Of a stretch of 64,000 nt of DNA, positions 24,098-37,194 are shown one piece after another; position 1 is the first letter of the stretch, and each line of letters opens with the position of its first letter. Source of the stretch: Mytilus trossulus (Eukaryota); NCBI RefSeq assembly GCF_036588685.1, contig NC_086377.1, positions 2,294,001 to 2,358,000 of the forward strand, in the 5' to 3' direction. A model generated the notes under the pieces. The model saw only the letters and a list, made by a program, of their open reading frames with translations, was not told the DNA's origin and ran no database searches. Position numbers and translations under genes: made by a program.

Positions 24098-27000
24098 CTG
24101 TTATGTTAACACATATAAGTGACAACAGCACTTGAGTCTTCAATGGGACAATTTTGTGGTATAAATATGAAGAACATAAATAACATACGAATCCGTAGAC
24201 AATATAGAAACAAAAGAAATAGTTATTTCGCTTGTTTCATTTTGAGATTTCAGAATTCTGTTTGTTCAATATTTTTCAAAATAATAAGGAAAGTTTGACT
24301 GATTTTGTAAAATGAAATATACTCAAATACAAATTAAATATAACAATAAAACACGTATTTGTTGATTTCATTTTTTTTTACATTAATTTTTTTTACCAAT
24401 AATTTTTAAGAAGAATGATTGATATAATCATTTCTTGCTTGTTTCTGAATCAATTTTTGAATCAAATACATATTGAGATTTGAAAATTCATAATATTGAT
24501 TTGTATTAAAAAAAAGATAAATAGAAAAAAATATTCGTAATAAAATATTTTGTTCACCATTAGTATCAGTTTTAGTATGTACATGTTTCGGAAAATATGA
24601 GTATTTGGATCATACGCGTATGGTCATGACCATATGCGTATACTCATATGGTCCGACCGTACGCATATGGTCCGACTATATGAGTATATACTCGTTAGGT
24701 TATTAACGGACCGGGCCATATAAGTATATGGACCGAGTAGGTATTTTTTGGCAATAATATGCATTAGAAAACTGTTGCAAAAACAATGATGGCTACAAGA
24801 AATGTAGTAGTTATAATTCAAGTTTGTATCGCTAATTGTATTTGTGCATGTATCCGTCGGCTGAGACTTACTTTAGCAAGATGTCATAGCTTTTTTGGGG
24901 TTCTGGATCGTTCCGATGTCATTTTTAAAAAACAAAAACACGAATAAGTTACCAAATTCTGAACTGCTATTGGTAATTTTAAAGATTCAAACGTAGGACT
25001 CTTTATCTTTCACTTTTATGTCAGTTGATAATAAAACGGTTGACTTCTTATGTAACATATATTTTTTTATGCTTTCTTCCCAAGTCGACATTTTGCCATT
25101 CACTCGTAATTAAATATCAGTAATGACTAGTAGTATAAAATGTGTTTCTAATATGTTTGACTAATGATGAAATTTTCTATGAAACTGCTTATTTTATTTA
25201 GTTAATCTTTTTATCATTATTTTTCAATTGATCTATATTAAAATGACCTTGGTTATGTCTTTATTTTTAATGACGTGCCAATAAACCAGAAGTATTATAT
25301 GAAGAGTTAAGTAGTAAAAGTAAACCTGTTAATTTGGTCGGACAATATGAGAATATAACCATATGTTCATGACCATACCCGTATGGTCCAAATACTCATA
25401 TGGTCCGGAACATACACATCTTATCAACAGATGTTAACGAAACAAGTATGTCAGTTAACCAAATACAACAGTATTTCGCTCTGTATATTGTATATTCTAT
25501 ATACATGATATAGACAACATTAAAACAGCACAATAAGAATAATGGATTGTTTTGTTTTAAAACAAATTTTGAATGATTGTTTAAATTGTAAAAAGGTTTC
25601 TTTCCAATTAGTCAAATAAAATAAAAACATATCTGTACATGATTGAAACAAGATTTTTTTCATTCAGCCATGTTTTGCATTAGATATGCAGAACAAATAT
25701 TAACTCATCTAAAACTTCAAAACATCTCGCCAAATTCTTATGAAAAATAAACTGCAAATGGTGCAGAGATATTTTTGTTATACAAAATAACCTATCATAT
25801 TCTAATCTAATACCTGTTTAATCAACAGCATGTATTTGTGGTCATTCAGAATAAGGAGGAGTTTAATCGAACAAAGAAACGAACGCTATGCAGTTATCCA
25901 TCCCGTGCATCAATATAAAATAGTGTGTATTCCAATTTGTAGTATTGACATATAACAAACAGCAAATAGTATGTCATCAATTTGACAATGTTTTGTAGCA
26001 AAAATAAATGCAATATATAGCACGTGAAAAAGTGTTAAAAACTTATTAAGATAACCATTTACTCTTTAGACACAAATAATTTTTCGTTTTTTTGTGTGAT
26101 ATCATATCTGTCATTGCATTCTATATAATTGTATTGTTGTCTTGATAAACATTATAAGAATCATCATCAGTGAAGTTTGAATATCTCAAAATTCATCATG
26201 ATCATTTGTCATGATTCAGAATCAGTAAAATGTTCTTTTATCTGCATTTATAATCAGTGTTGTTTGAATTTATCAAGATCAATAGTCTGTGTATTGGTGA
26301 GGGCCCTCTACAATCAGAAATAACTCGAAGCTAGTGATCATTAAGCCTCAAAACCGTAAAACAGTACTTGGGTCGAGCATGGACTGTGGACTACAAAGAA
26401 GATGTAAATGACATAACCCTTGACCTAATGACAACAAGAGAGGATAATCACTTAAAACTTGTCATACATTTAGTTGTAATTTATTTTCAGCCATTAAGAA
26501 GGTTCCATTCCAGTAAACGAAAAATTCTTAAATTTAAATCCTGTCGAACTAGGGGCATTGTGAAATATGACAAAAAACTGATGTGGTCACACTTGGATTT
26601 TTATATAGCCAAATTGTTGAATGTAAAAGTGCTTTTAGTCCAAAGGTTTCAGAAGAATCTGCTGTTAGGTAATACAAATAAATAAGATTCATTATTATAA
26701 TATGTGTAACAAAATGTGTATTATTGACGTCGCTGGGTTTTAAAAATGATGTAAATAACTAATTTTTCTCACAAACAGCCTTTGAAAATATTGTCGAAAT
26801 GCATGCTCCAAATGTGTTGTATATGAAATTGTAAATGGCAGTAGAATAAAATTTAAACAAAAAGTGCAAATATTTGATTTCCAAAGCCTTTATACAACAA
26901 TTTTGAATTTACAAATAACAGTTTGGAGGCGAATTGTACAAAAAATTGAGATTGGAAATTTTGTTACATGTCTCATTCTATATGTTTTGATTGGTCTAAC

Positions 27001-30000
27001 TGAATGATATTCTGGAATAACAAATATTTCCTCTACGACAATACGGTTGTATCAAAACGTAATATTTGCAACAAAAGTCGTATCCGACATTCTGAAAGCC
27101 CAGCGACGGTACGTATTAATAGGACAGTTTCACAATATGCATAAATACACTTCAAGGCTAAGGAATAGAAAAATATTTTAATTTGGACCGCATTTTAATG
27201 TCATTAAAATCAATTATAACTACTTAAAAAAAAAACAATTAAACAAACAAAAAATGCTTTAACTGTGTAGAGAAAAATCAGTGTTTTAACATGTGTCCCT
27301 ATTAGGCCATATTCATAACATAACGGTGCAATGTTATAATATGCTGCGATGTGTATCAATCTGTCTTATGATTTTTGTAAACACTGGTTAATGACTTTGT
27401 CAGGTTCCCCTGGCTTAGGAGAATCTTCTATCATGACAAAATATAACCATAAGAACATCAAATAGTAAATAGCAAAATATATAGACTTATGTTCTAGTAT
27501 GATCTTTGTGCACTACCAATGCACTTCAATGAGGCTTAGACACAGAAGAAGATTTTGATTTAGACCCCTTGTTAATGTCATTCAAACATGTCAAATGAAT
27601 TATGAAAAAAAAGAAATGCATGTATGTCACGAGATAAACAAAAAGTGGTTTACGATGTGTCCTTCATGGACGTTTAATATAACCACACAGAACAAAATAT
27701 CAATGTTCTACGGTGTGTATCAATCTGTCCTGAATAATACTGTAAACAAATGGTTTATAAATATAAGCAATATATCCCAGGGGGTTGTATCATAAATGTT
27801 TCATGCTAACCAGCTGGTATGCGTTCAAAAGTGTGGTTTTAGCGGACGATGTAGTACGCGTACCAGTCTACTGATATTTTTGGTATATTCTATCCCAAAA
27901 ACATAGACCCTGAGCATAGACAAAATCTATAGTTGAAAGGAAAGACATAAGTATCATTTCAGAGATATGAACCATTTAACTGTATTATAGAGTGGAAGGG
28001 ACATATTATGAATGTATACATGTAGTTGCATTGAAAAAGTTCTGGCATGGCAGTCAGAGCATAATGTCAATTCAGAAATATTTTCAATGTTTTCATTATT
28101 GAGAACATTTCAAGAAACGGCAATATTTAAACTGGTATGTTTGTAGATTGTTCCACAATCACACAAACAAATCTACTCTATAATCATGAATTTAAAATGA
28201 CTTTATATTAAAAAGTGAAGGTGTATGCCAAAGGGTTAACAAACATCAAACAAAAAAATATTTTGCAATTCAATTCATATTAGCATTTTTCAGTTTGCCA
28301 TGAATAGTTTTTTTTCTCATATATTAAAATACTCATATATGTTTACTTTTTTGTAACCTTCTGTTATGCCAAAAAATAAACAAATACAAACATCGAATTA
28401 TCTAATTCATTGAAGATTGATATAGGTAGTATAGTCATACGTATTATTATATTTCGGTGATACATTATTAAAAACTTATTAAACTGGCATTATCCAATAC
28501 ATCTGTACAATTGCAAAAATAATAAATTACATATATACCAAGTCAGTATATTGTACTAATTTGGTGAAAGAAATTTGTAACAAAGTTATTTTCTGTTTCG
28601 TTTAACACTACTGCCTAGTGATCTAGGGTAGTGCCTCTTAGTAGGTCCAATTTGACTGAATAATGTGGGTGAAAAACGTAAAATATGATCTAAATTTATA
28701 TAACTTTAATACATATCACATGTATCAGTTCGTTAAATATGAGCAAAGCCAGATTCCAGGGAAAGACTGAATTATTTTATAAAAGTTTAGAATAAACTGG
28801 AGTAGGATCAGACTGAGAAAATAATATCTATAATTACATTGGTTCGTGCTTCTCTTTTACATCCAACGCTGACAAGGTACTTGACAATACCCAGATGTCC
28901 TTTCTCTACAGCAAGCGACAGTGGTGTAGATCCTATCTGTAACATCAACATATAACCGACATCAAAACAAGTTCAATAGATTGGACACTGTATTGGTAGC
29001 AATATTAACACAATATAAAGCACACCTAAAACATGTAGCATTTGATTAAGATCCATGCTATGAATTACCAGAACTTCCATTAGAACTGTCATTCAAAACA
29101 GTTTGCGTAATATATAGAGAATAATACATGGCAAAATCCGTATCATATGTTGTATCATCCCGAGACATCAATATCAGCCCGAGGGCCTTTAGGCCCGAGG
29201 GGTGATATTGGTCGAGGGTGATACGGCATGTGATACGGATTTTGCCATGTATTATACGCTTTATCATATATTTCAACAGAAGACTTTTATATTATATGAA
29301 CTGTTTTCTGATCCATAGCACTGGGTTACCTTCAGTTCTGCTTTTGTCTTGTTTCAAAGCTTTAAAATAACTGCTCAATTATTTATACGAAGCACCTAGG
29401 TTACCTTACAATCTGTTGTTTTGAAAATATTTTGTTTATTATTGTATTATTGAGTGTTTTGTATTTTTTATAGTTGCATTTAGTGTGCCAAAAAAATTGT
29501 TGTAAAAACTTGATGTTCGTGACGTTACATACCAAAAAATGACGTCATTAAAAAATTGACCTATTTTTTTTTATTTTTTTTTTTTTAATATTTGAATTTT
29601 TTTTTTTTTTTTTAATAGAAAAAAATTCTTAAGCAAAAAAAACCCCAAAAAACTGACTTAAGATTAAAAAAAAAAAAAAAAAAAAGGTATGCGATACGGG
29701 TTTTACCATGCGATACGGGGTATGCGATACGGGTTTAGCCATGCGATACGGGGTATGCGATACAGGGTAGGTGATACAGACTGGAAAAAAGAACCTTTAT
29801 TAGATATACAAAATAGCTGTATTTTGTACTAAATATATGATAAATATATGTAAAATATTGATATCCGTGGATTCGTTTCGATACACGAGTCATATAATAT
29901 ATCATGTAATAATCTTCCAACGATAATTTGCTATAGTAATATAACTTAATATTGTCTGACTGAGCAGCTAGCACAAAATGATCTCATCGACATTCTACTA

Positions 30001-33000
30001 AACTTACTCAGATTTTATCACACTTGTATATATATTCTACATTATAAAACAAAAAAGATCGTCTTTCAGTTTGATTATTCAGATCTTTGATCTTCAAACA
30101 AAATCAAAGAATGTTCTCAAAATAATTAATAAAGTCTGGGTATCAAGTGATTCTTTTTTATAAGAAATATCTATATTCAAATACAATATAACAAACACTT
30201 GTTGATTGCCAAAATTGGGTAAATTTAATCTATTTAAATGATAGTATCAAACTTCGAATGCACACTTATTTCTTTTTCTGCAACTTTTTTTCGACAAATC
30301 AATTCAGATGTTTACCATTTATCAGAAAACAAAGTGAAACATGAGTTCTTTGATTAAGTTCTAGGTTGTGAATTACCAGAGCTTCTTTAAGAACTGTTAA
30401 TAGAAACATGTTTTTTGCAAGATATATATAAGGCATGTGTATCATTATTTTTTCTCTCTCGATAAAACAAGAATATAAGATTTCATGTAATATTATTTTA
30501 ACAACCATTTGGTATTTAATATTTAAGTGTCGAAAGCGGATACAAATCGTATTGCACAAGATTTGCTGGTGAAATATATTTCTCTTATGATTTTCTAACA
30601 ATATTTAGGCAACATATTCCTTATTCCGAATGATCTTTCTATGTGACATCATCAGGCATGGTAGCCTTTTTTCTAGCCGTCAACATATGAGAATCAGTGG
30701 TAACCAAGAAAATTCGACGTCTTAATCGGTTTTTAACCAGTGATGACTGAGATCAAAAGAAATACACGTTGATTAAATTTGTTTAAACATTGGGTGCAGA
30801 AAGGGATGAAATGACGAACAATTAGAGAAAGTAAAAAAACTTCATATTATCTGACTGTCGAATTGCATAAATTGTCTAATCAATTATTATTAAACAAGGT
30901 AGTTAGATTGTAAAAAAAATATTGTGTCAGAATACAAACTCGGTCCTTTAGATTGCATTTCTGTAAATATTGACAATGCAATTCCACATATGAACTCCTT
31001 TTACGACTAAAACTGTACCACTTTGACTATGAAGTTTAAAGAAAACTAGAATTGAAAGTTCATATGCACCACAATTTTTTTCCAAGGTCAAAATATAGGG
31101 CTGTGCGGCATATTTTCAACGTTTATATGCCCTAAACTTCGCAGAGTTTAAACTAACAATAATTTTCTTAACTACCCCTACCTCGTATGAAAGGTTATCA
31201 CAGAGTTCAATGTGAACAATATGCACATGCGTATTTACTGGTAACATTCCCAAGTTATGTGTCTGGGAGTTGGAAAACAGAGAGCATAACTGGGAACCAG
31301 TATGTAAACAAAATAAATTTTCAATGAATATTCAAGATCTCTCCCAAAAGAGGCGTGTTTTGAGAAACAACTGTCTTTACAAAGTGCAAACTTTAACATG
31401 TTTAAAATCTGATACAAGTCGATGAGAGAAAAAAAACTATTCTAAAAACTTTTTACTACGTATATACAGTAATTACTTATGAATGTCTGACTAAGGAGTT
31501 AAAGCAAAATCTCGAATACTGTTTCATCAACGAGTTACTAAGATTTTAATAACATAATCTTTTGTCAGAAAACAAATTTGGTTCTTTATGATGTTTATTA
31601 TCTGAAAGAATTCGATGAGTTAAAAGCTTATGTTATTGCTAAGAAGAAAGAGTAACATACTTTTGCCAAAAAATATGTGTTTGAAAAATATATCTATCAA
31701 TAATTTTACATTTTCATGGGAGGATTGGAACGAGACCTTACGCATTCAATTCAACCAGGTTTTGTGCTTTCCTTTAACCTGTCTGGTGGGTAAGAAAATT
31801 AAAAAAGTTTGTTCATTTAGAAAGGAAGTACGATCAGACTGAAGATATAATATATATCATAACCTCGGTTAAAGCTTCTTTATTACATCCTACTGAAACA
31901 AGGTATTGGACTGTCTCCAGGTGTCCTTCCTGTACTGCAAGCAATAATGGTGTGTTTCCAATCTGTAACATAAACACATAACAGATATCAAAACAATTTG
32001 AATAAACTGGACACTGTATAAACACAAAAGATATCACAGAAATCAGTAATCAATACTAAAAACATAACCTATCACACTTTTATTCATATTCTACATTAAA
32101 AAAACAAATAAGTATCCTGTTTTCATAATGATAATTCTGATCTGTGATCTTCAAAATAAAACAAAGAATATTCTCAAAATAATGTATAAAGTCTGTGTAT
32201 CAAGTGATTCTTTTGTACATGTTGTATAAGAAATACCAATATTCAAATACAATATAAAAAACACTTTTGATTGCAAAAATCGGATACATTGAATCTATCT
32301 AAATGATAGTATAAAACTTAGAATGTAAAACAATCTGTTTTTCAGCAACTTTTTCTTGACAAATAGATTCAGATGTTTACACCAAAAAACATTTATCAGA
32401 AAACAAAAAGTAAACATAGGATCAGAGTAACATATGTTTGTAAAATATATCTGTTTTGCCAAATTAGATAACACCTGTACTGCCTTTTTTCCATGACAAG
32501 ATTTAAACGATACCGCATAATTCAATAACATCAAGTTTTGTGTTTCTGATAATATGCTCATTTATAGATTAGTGAGTTTGATGAGACTATATCTTACCTT
32601 TGTTTTAGATTCTTTGTTACAGCCTACAGAAACAAGGTATTGGACTGTCTCTAGGTGTCCGTAGTAGACTGAATTCAATAATGGTGTATATGCATTCTGT
32701 AATATTAACATTTAAAAGACATCAAAACTTGTGCATGGATAATTTCATATTAAATGGATCAGTACTAAATTGTGACAGCTTCAGGAATGCTGCTTTTGAC
32801 CTTTTAAAACTGGACTACACACTGTTTTACTTTAAAAGTCATGTTCCGATTGTTGTCGTATGTAATTTTATCATCCTATTTGTTTGGAAGGTGAATATAA
32901 AAAAAATACAAGTTATACACTGTTCACACTAGGGACTTAATTTGTAGTATACGGAAATCAAAGAACGATAACTGTGTCCTCAGACAGTTCCCATTTCATT

Positions 33001-34321
33001 GATATAATACAATTTGTATGTACATGTTATCTGTTACGCCCTTACTTCATCTCTGTATTCCAAATTAGCTCCCTTTTCAAAGGAAAGTTTCAAATATGTT
33101 AAACTTCCTTCACGAGCAGCTTTAATCAGTTTCTGTAAGAAAGAAATGTTGATTACAAAATTGTATGATATACATTGTACATGAGTGCACATTTCATGGA
33201 TAATTTGATCTTTTATTGGTCAAACGACAAAAATATAAAAATATTCCATATGTTGCTCAACAGAGCAATCCAACTTTAATGTTAACTTACAAAATATGTC
33301 AACAATCTAATGAAACTATGAATTTGAGCCGAAAACGAACCGTTTAAATTTACGGTAATGTATGATAATTGATTGAAACACAATTAATGATTAAAACTTA
33401 TATACTGTAAATTCATAAATTATTGCGTTCATTTATTATTGAGATTTTACGAGAATGGACAAAAAATAGAGTTTAATTATCGCGATTTCGAAAACAACTG
33501 CGTTCAGATCTATGTTTCATTTTCCAGGATGCGAGTTCTTATTATTGCGATACCCATCTAGTAGCATTATTCGCAATAATAAAAACCTGGCAATAATTTT
33601 TGAATTTACAGTAATTGATCTTTGAAAACAATGTATGCAGGTTTCATTGTGTGACGTTGATTGCACATAGCACAATAAGGCTCTTTTAAAAGCATTAATA
33701 TTTTCTGCTGACGTTGAAGTGCGTAAATTGTTCTTTCAAAATAACGAGTATTTTTAATTAAACAATTCCCCGATGAAAGTCACCTTTTATCTATTTCTTG
33801 CACCAAATAAATATGTCTTGTATCACACAAAATTGATTCTAAAATCTGCGTTAATTTGATTGTCTTATCCAGAATCATTGGACGGTATTACGTCATTTCC
33901 ATTGGGTATTCGATAGGTCATTGATTAATTACAAAGGTTAAGACTGTGCTCGTCAACTTTGTACTTGTTTGGCTTTATAACTATTTTGATCTGAGAGTCA
34001 CTGATGAATCTTATAAAGGCGAAACTCGCGGCTGTCGTATTTAATTATAATCCTGGAACCTTTGATAACCATTTCTTCCATGTCAATATTTCATATCACC
34101 AATGATTGACCAACTTTAAACACCAGTTTCATATATATCAGCTTTGAAGGCTTCCTAAAATTTCAAACATTGAAATATTATTATAGAATGACCCAGAAGA
34201 AAATGTGTTTCTAGTCTCCGAAAATATTTAAACCTGTATGTTAAATGTGGTAATTTACCGAACATAAGTGAATGATAACTTGACTTTTAAAGTGAAATCG
34301 TACCTCATTCCAACTAGCCAT
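23999..34321 (-). CDS. Spliced ankyrin-repeat protein gene (partial; six coding exons found, 3' end unidentified)
   Basis: join(34304-34321,33046-33132,32598-32696,31864-31962,28838-28936,23999-24097), all cag|...|gt, phase 0, no stops: MASWNE KLIKAAREGSLTYLKLSFEKGANLEYRDE NAYTPLLNSVYYGHLETVQYLVSVGCNKESKTK IGNTPLLLAVQEGHLETVQYLVSVGCNKEALTE IGSTPLSLAVEKGHLGIVKYLVSVGCKREARTN AGNTVLFIAFQNGTLQIVQYLIFMGCQRDARDN. Confidence 0.8.
24583..25413. mobile_element. MITE with ~75-bp TIRs
   Basis: Left atgtttcggaaaatatgagtatttggatcatacgcgtatggtcatgaccatatg...gtccgacc; right ggtcggac...gtatggtccaaatactcatatggtccggaacata. Confidence 0.8.
26728..27109. mobile_element. Small MITE with ~14-bp TIRs
   Basis: cgtcgctgggtttt at 26728 and aaagcccagcgacg at 27095-27108; TSD unclear. 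Confidence 0.4.
28838..28936 (-). CDS. Ankyrin gene exon (99 nt, one ANK repeat)
   Basis: ttacag|ATAGGA...ACCAAT|gtaatt; IGSTPLSLAVEKGHLGIVKYLVSVGCKREARTN. Confidence 0.9.
29110..29843. mobile_element. Non-autonomous element with a large terminal hairpin (Crypton-/Helentron-type architecture)
   Basis: Palindrome ataatacatggcaaaatccgtatca...tgatacggattttgccatgtattat (~29121-29256); inverted pair tttatcatatattt / aaatatatgataaa; internal gtatgcgatacggg repeats at 29687-29770. Confidence 0.6.
31864..31962 (-). CDS. Ankyrin gene exon (99 nt, one ANK repeat)
   Basis: ttacag|ATTGGA...ACCGAG|gttatg; IGNTPLLLAVQEGHLETVQYLVSVGCNKEALTE (inside ORF 31834-32037). Confidence 0.9.
32598..32696 (-). CDS. 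Ankyrin gene exon (99 nt, one ANK repeat)
   Basis: ttacag|AATGCA...ACAAAG|gtaaga; NAYTPLLNSVYYGHLETVQYLVSVGCNKESKTK. Confidence 0.9.
33046..33132 (-). CDS. Ankyrin gene exon (87 nt, N-cap-like ANK repeat)
   Basis: ttctttcttacag|AAACTG...GATGAA|gtaagg; KLIKAAREGSLTYLKLSFEKGANLEYRDE. Confidence 0.85.
33405..33611. mobile_element. 207-bp MITE, TA TSD (Tc1/mariner/pogo-type)
   Basis: ta|ctgtaaattcataaattattgc ... gcaataatttttgaatttacag|ta. Confidence 0.8.
33950..34070 (+). mobile_element. Degenerate retrozyme-like copy in an ankyrin-gene intron
   Basis: gagagtca-CTGATGA-atcttataaaggc-GAAA-ctcgcggctgtcgt at ~33993-34038; stems mismatched. Confidence 0.6.
34304..34321 (-). CDS. Probable start-codon microexon of the ankyrin gene (exon 34304-34327)
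   Basis: tttttcag|GATACA ATG GCT AGT TGG AAT GAG|gtacga; phase 0, joins the next exon in frame to give MASWNEKLIKAAREG. Confidence 0.6.
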
Positions 34322-35609
34322 TGTATCCTGAAAAAATACAATAATTCATTTTTGAGATTAACGTCAACGTTAGAATAAGTACACGTACGTACATTTGACA
34401 CCTAATCACATAATTAATAAAACGTCATTATAAAACAATATAAATCAAGTAAGTGTTGACCTCGTTAAGTGTCATTTGGGTTCTTTATTCATTAATTTGA
34501 GTTACTAACCTAAACTCCATCGAACTGCATGGATAACAAAACTGTCTAATAACAAACAACTGTACTTTATTGTTGATAAGAAAAAGAAATATTGATATTC
34601 GTCACATTGCAAATCGTGTTCAAGTATCTTTTCTATTGAAAACATTCTATCTGATAAAAATAAAACTTCCTGAATTACAACAAGTAAGAAAAATCAATGA
34701 CAGTTTTTAATTTACATATAAATTAGGCAATAATTGCACTCTCATTCATTACCCACATTAGTGTCCGTATATTTATCATACAAAGGCTTATTACATAACA
34801 AATCTGTAAATATTTAAAATGACTTATTGCAAATAAAGGTGCATTTATTTCCAGAAAAAAAAGTAGAAAGATCAGCATTTATAAACAATGCAGACACAAT
34901 TACCTATCTTTTATTTCATCCTATTTTCGCATTTTCGGCTTAACACTTAATATAGATGTACACAAAGTATCATAAACAAACGGCCGTTCGTGTTCATCAC
35001 CAACTAGGACAAAATTGCATTCGCGCTTAACATCTACAAAAGTTTATATTATTCTAAACTTAAAAAATAAAACCAATTTAATTTAATGAAGAAATACAGT
35101 ATTCAAAACACTCATACGTTTCATCATATTTATCCTTTGAACATTGACTCAGAAGCAACAAAAAAAACAAAAACCCCAAAACTGCAAATAGTATTGCATT
35201 TTTAATATTAAAAAATGTTAAAATGCTAGTAAATAAAACAAGACATGATAAACGTAATGTAGCGTCTCAATTTGTTTTGATGGTGTAATTAACGCTTTCA
35301 GGAATGTCATCAAGGATCGATGGAAACATGCAATGTCTATGCTAGTGTAATATAAAAGTGCAGATTGATAAAAAAATATTATTAAAGCAAAATGTTTTCT
35401 AATAAGTTGTATTAAATTTTTAACAAAACTGTATTGATGAGATAAACATGAACACACATTTTGAGGTCTGATCATTGTTATGTTATTATCATTTACAAGG
35501 AGGTAAAAAATCAGAATTTCGGTGTTGACATGCGTACCAATTATATGGATATATTTGTCAATTAACTGTTTGCGAAAAGTATGAATTATTCGTAACACTA
35601 CGGATTTTC

Positions 35610-35755
35610 TCATTCCAGGGATATATAACCTTAGCCGTGTTTAGAACAACTTTGGAATTTTTGGTCCTCAATACATATCATGTTTGTACTTGGTTTGACT
35701 TTCTGACTTTTTTTATCTGATAGGGCTCATGATGACGAAATACACGTCTGTCGTA
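35610..35755 (+). mobile_element. Highly degenerate retrozyme-like copy
   Basis: ccttagccgtg..acaactttggaatttttggtcctcaat...tgatgacgaaatacacgtctgtcgt. Confidence 0.45.
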
Positions 35756-35762
35756 ATAATTT

Positions 35763-36515
35763 TGTCTTAGATGCATGATTTTTTTATTAGATGTTAGTGG
35801 TTTTGAATCAGCTGTCAATTAACTGCAAGTACTATCATATCAGAACTTATTGTCTTTTTTTTTATTGTTGGGATATACAATTACCCGGCCACGTCCACTT
35901 TAGGTTTTTGTTAGATGTATTTCTTTTTGTATCTTTCTAATGAGTGAAGCTTATTTTATTTTAACCCATCTGATAATTTACGCGTTTTTCAATTGATTTT
36001 TATATTTCGTTCTTATGTTGAACTGTTACATCACCATGGTAAGGGGTTGGGGTTTGGAACATTTTTAATCCCTCCCAATTTTGTATGCATATGCCTGTCC
36101 CGAGTCAGTAGCTTGTAATTCAGTGGTTGGTGGTTGTCGTTTGTTTATGTGTTACATATTTGTTTTTCGTTCATTTCTGTACATAAAAGAGGGACGAAGG
36201 ATACTAAAGGGACAGTCAAACTCATAAATCTAAAACAAACTGACAACGCCTTGGCTAAAAATGAAAAAGACAAACAGACAAACAATAGTACACATGACAC
36301 AACATTAAAAACTAAAGAATAAACTAAAATTAGGGCGTTAGTGTTCTCGTTTGAGTTTTTACATTCTCATTACGAGGACTTTTATAGCTGACTCTGCGGT
36401 ATGGGTTTTGCTCATTGTTGAAGGACTTACGGTTATCTATAGTTGTTAATTTCGGTTTCATATGGTTTCTGTTTGAGGGTTTTCTCATTGGCAATCATGC
36501 CACATCTTCTTTTGT
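35763..36515 (+). repeat. PLE-associated 3' repeat (as 11775-12332) with a nested 36184-36325 repeat
   Basis: Collinear with 11775-12332; interrupted by an aaaagagggacgaagg...actaaagaataaa segment. Confidence 0.7.
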
Positions 36516-37194
36516 ATATTTTTTTTGTGTAATCGCGAAAAACATTCAATGTTTTGTGTATACAAAATAAACCATTAGTCCCCCATTTGTGCGTTTAATG
36601 TGTTGTTATTTTTGATTCTTGATAGTCTGCTAATAAAATGCAAAACACACTAGATTAACAACTCTTCTGGTTCACTGTTGAATTTCTTGTCTTCTTGAGT
36701 ATCATTGGTCCAGTACTATAATGTTTATAATGACATACTTAATGTAGTTTTATTGATACATATGAATTTGAAATCATTTGTTAATTTTATTAATTCCATT
36801 AATTCCATACTCTGCGTTATCCTTGGAATTGTATTGTATACGAGTGATTTAATGTATCTCAATATAGTTAACATTTCATTATTATATGTCTGTTTATGTG
36901 ATATGGTGCATGTATAACTAATTGGTCAAACATTGAATTTTTATCTTATAAGCTGTACTTGCTTTTGGAATAAAGTATTGTTATATGTCATACTCTTCTT
37001 TATTGTCCGAATTTGATCATTAACAAAGTCGTTCAGGGAACATATGCCCTCAATGGAGTTGAATCAAAGTTATTGTTGGCAGTGATTGCAAATCCTTAAG
37101 TGTGTAAATGATGATATATTTCGGATTACACTTAATAACCAACGATTAAGTATTTAAGCTGTGTACATGTTTCAAATTAAATGCACTATGACAA

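Noticed and set aside
27350-27870. Possible additional minus-strand exons of the ankyrin gene (~27811-27867 TGTRTTSSAK...; ~27428 downward KILLSQGNL...)
   Set aside because: Weak acceptors, no domain similarity, and the surrounding sequence is locally duplicated; unsupported without RNA data.
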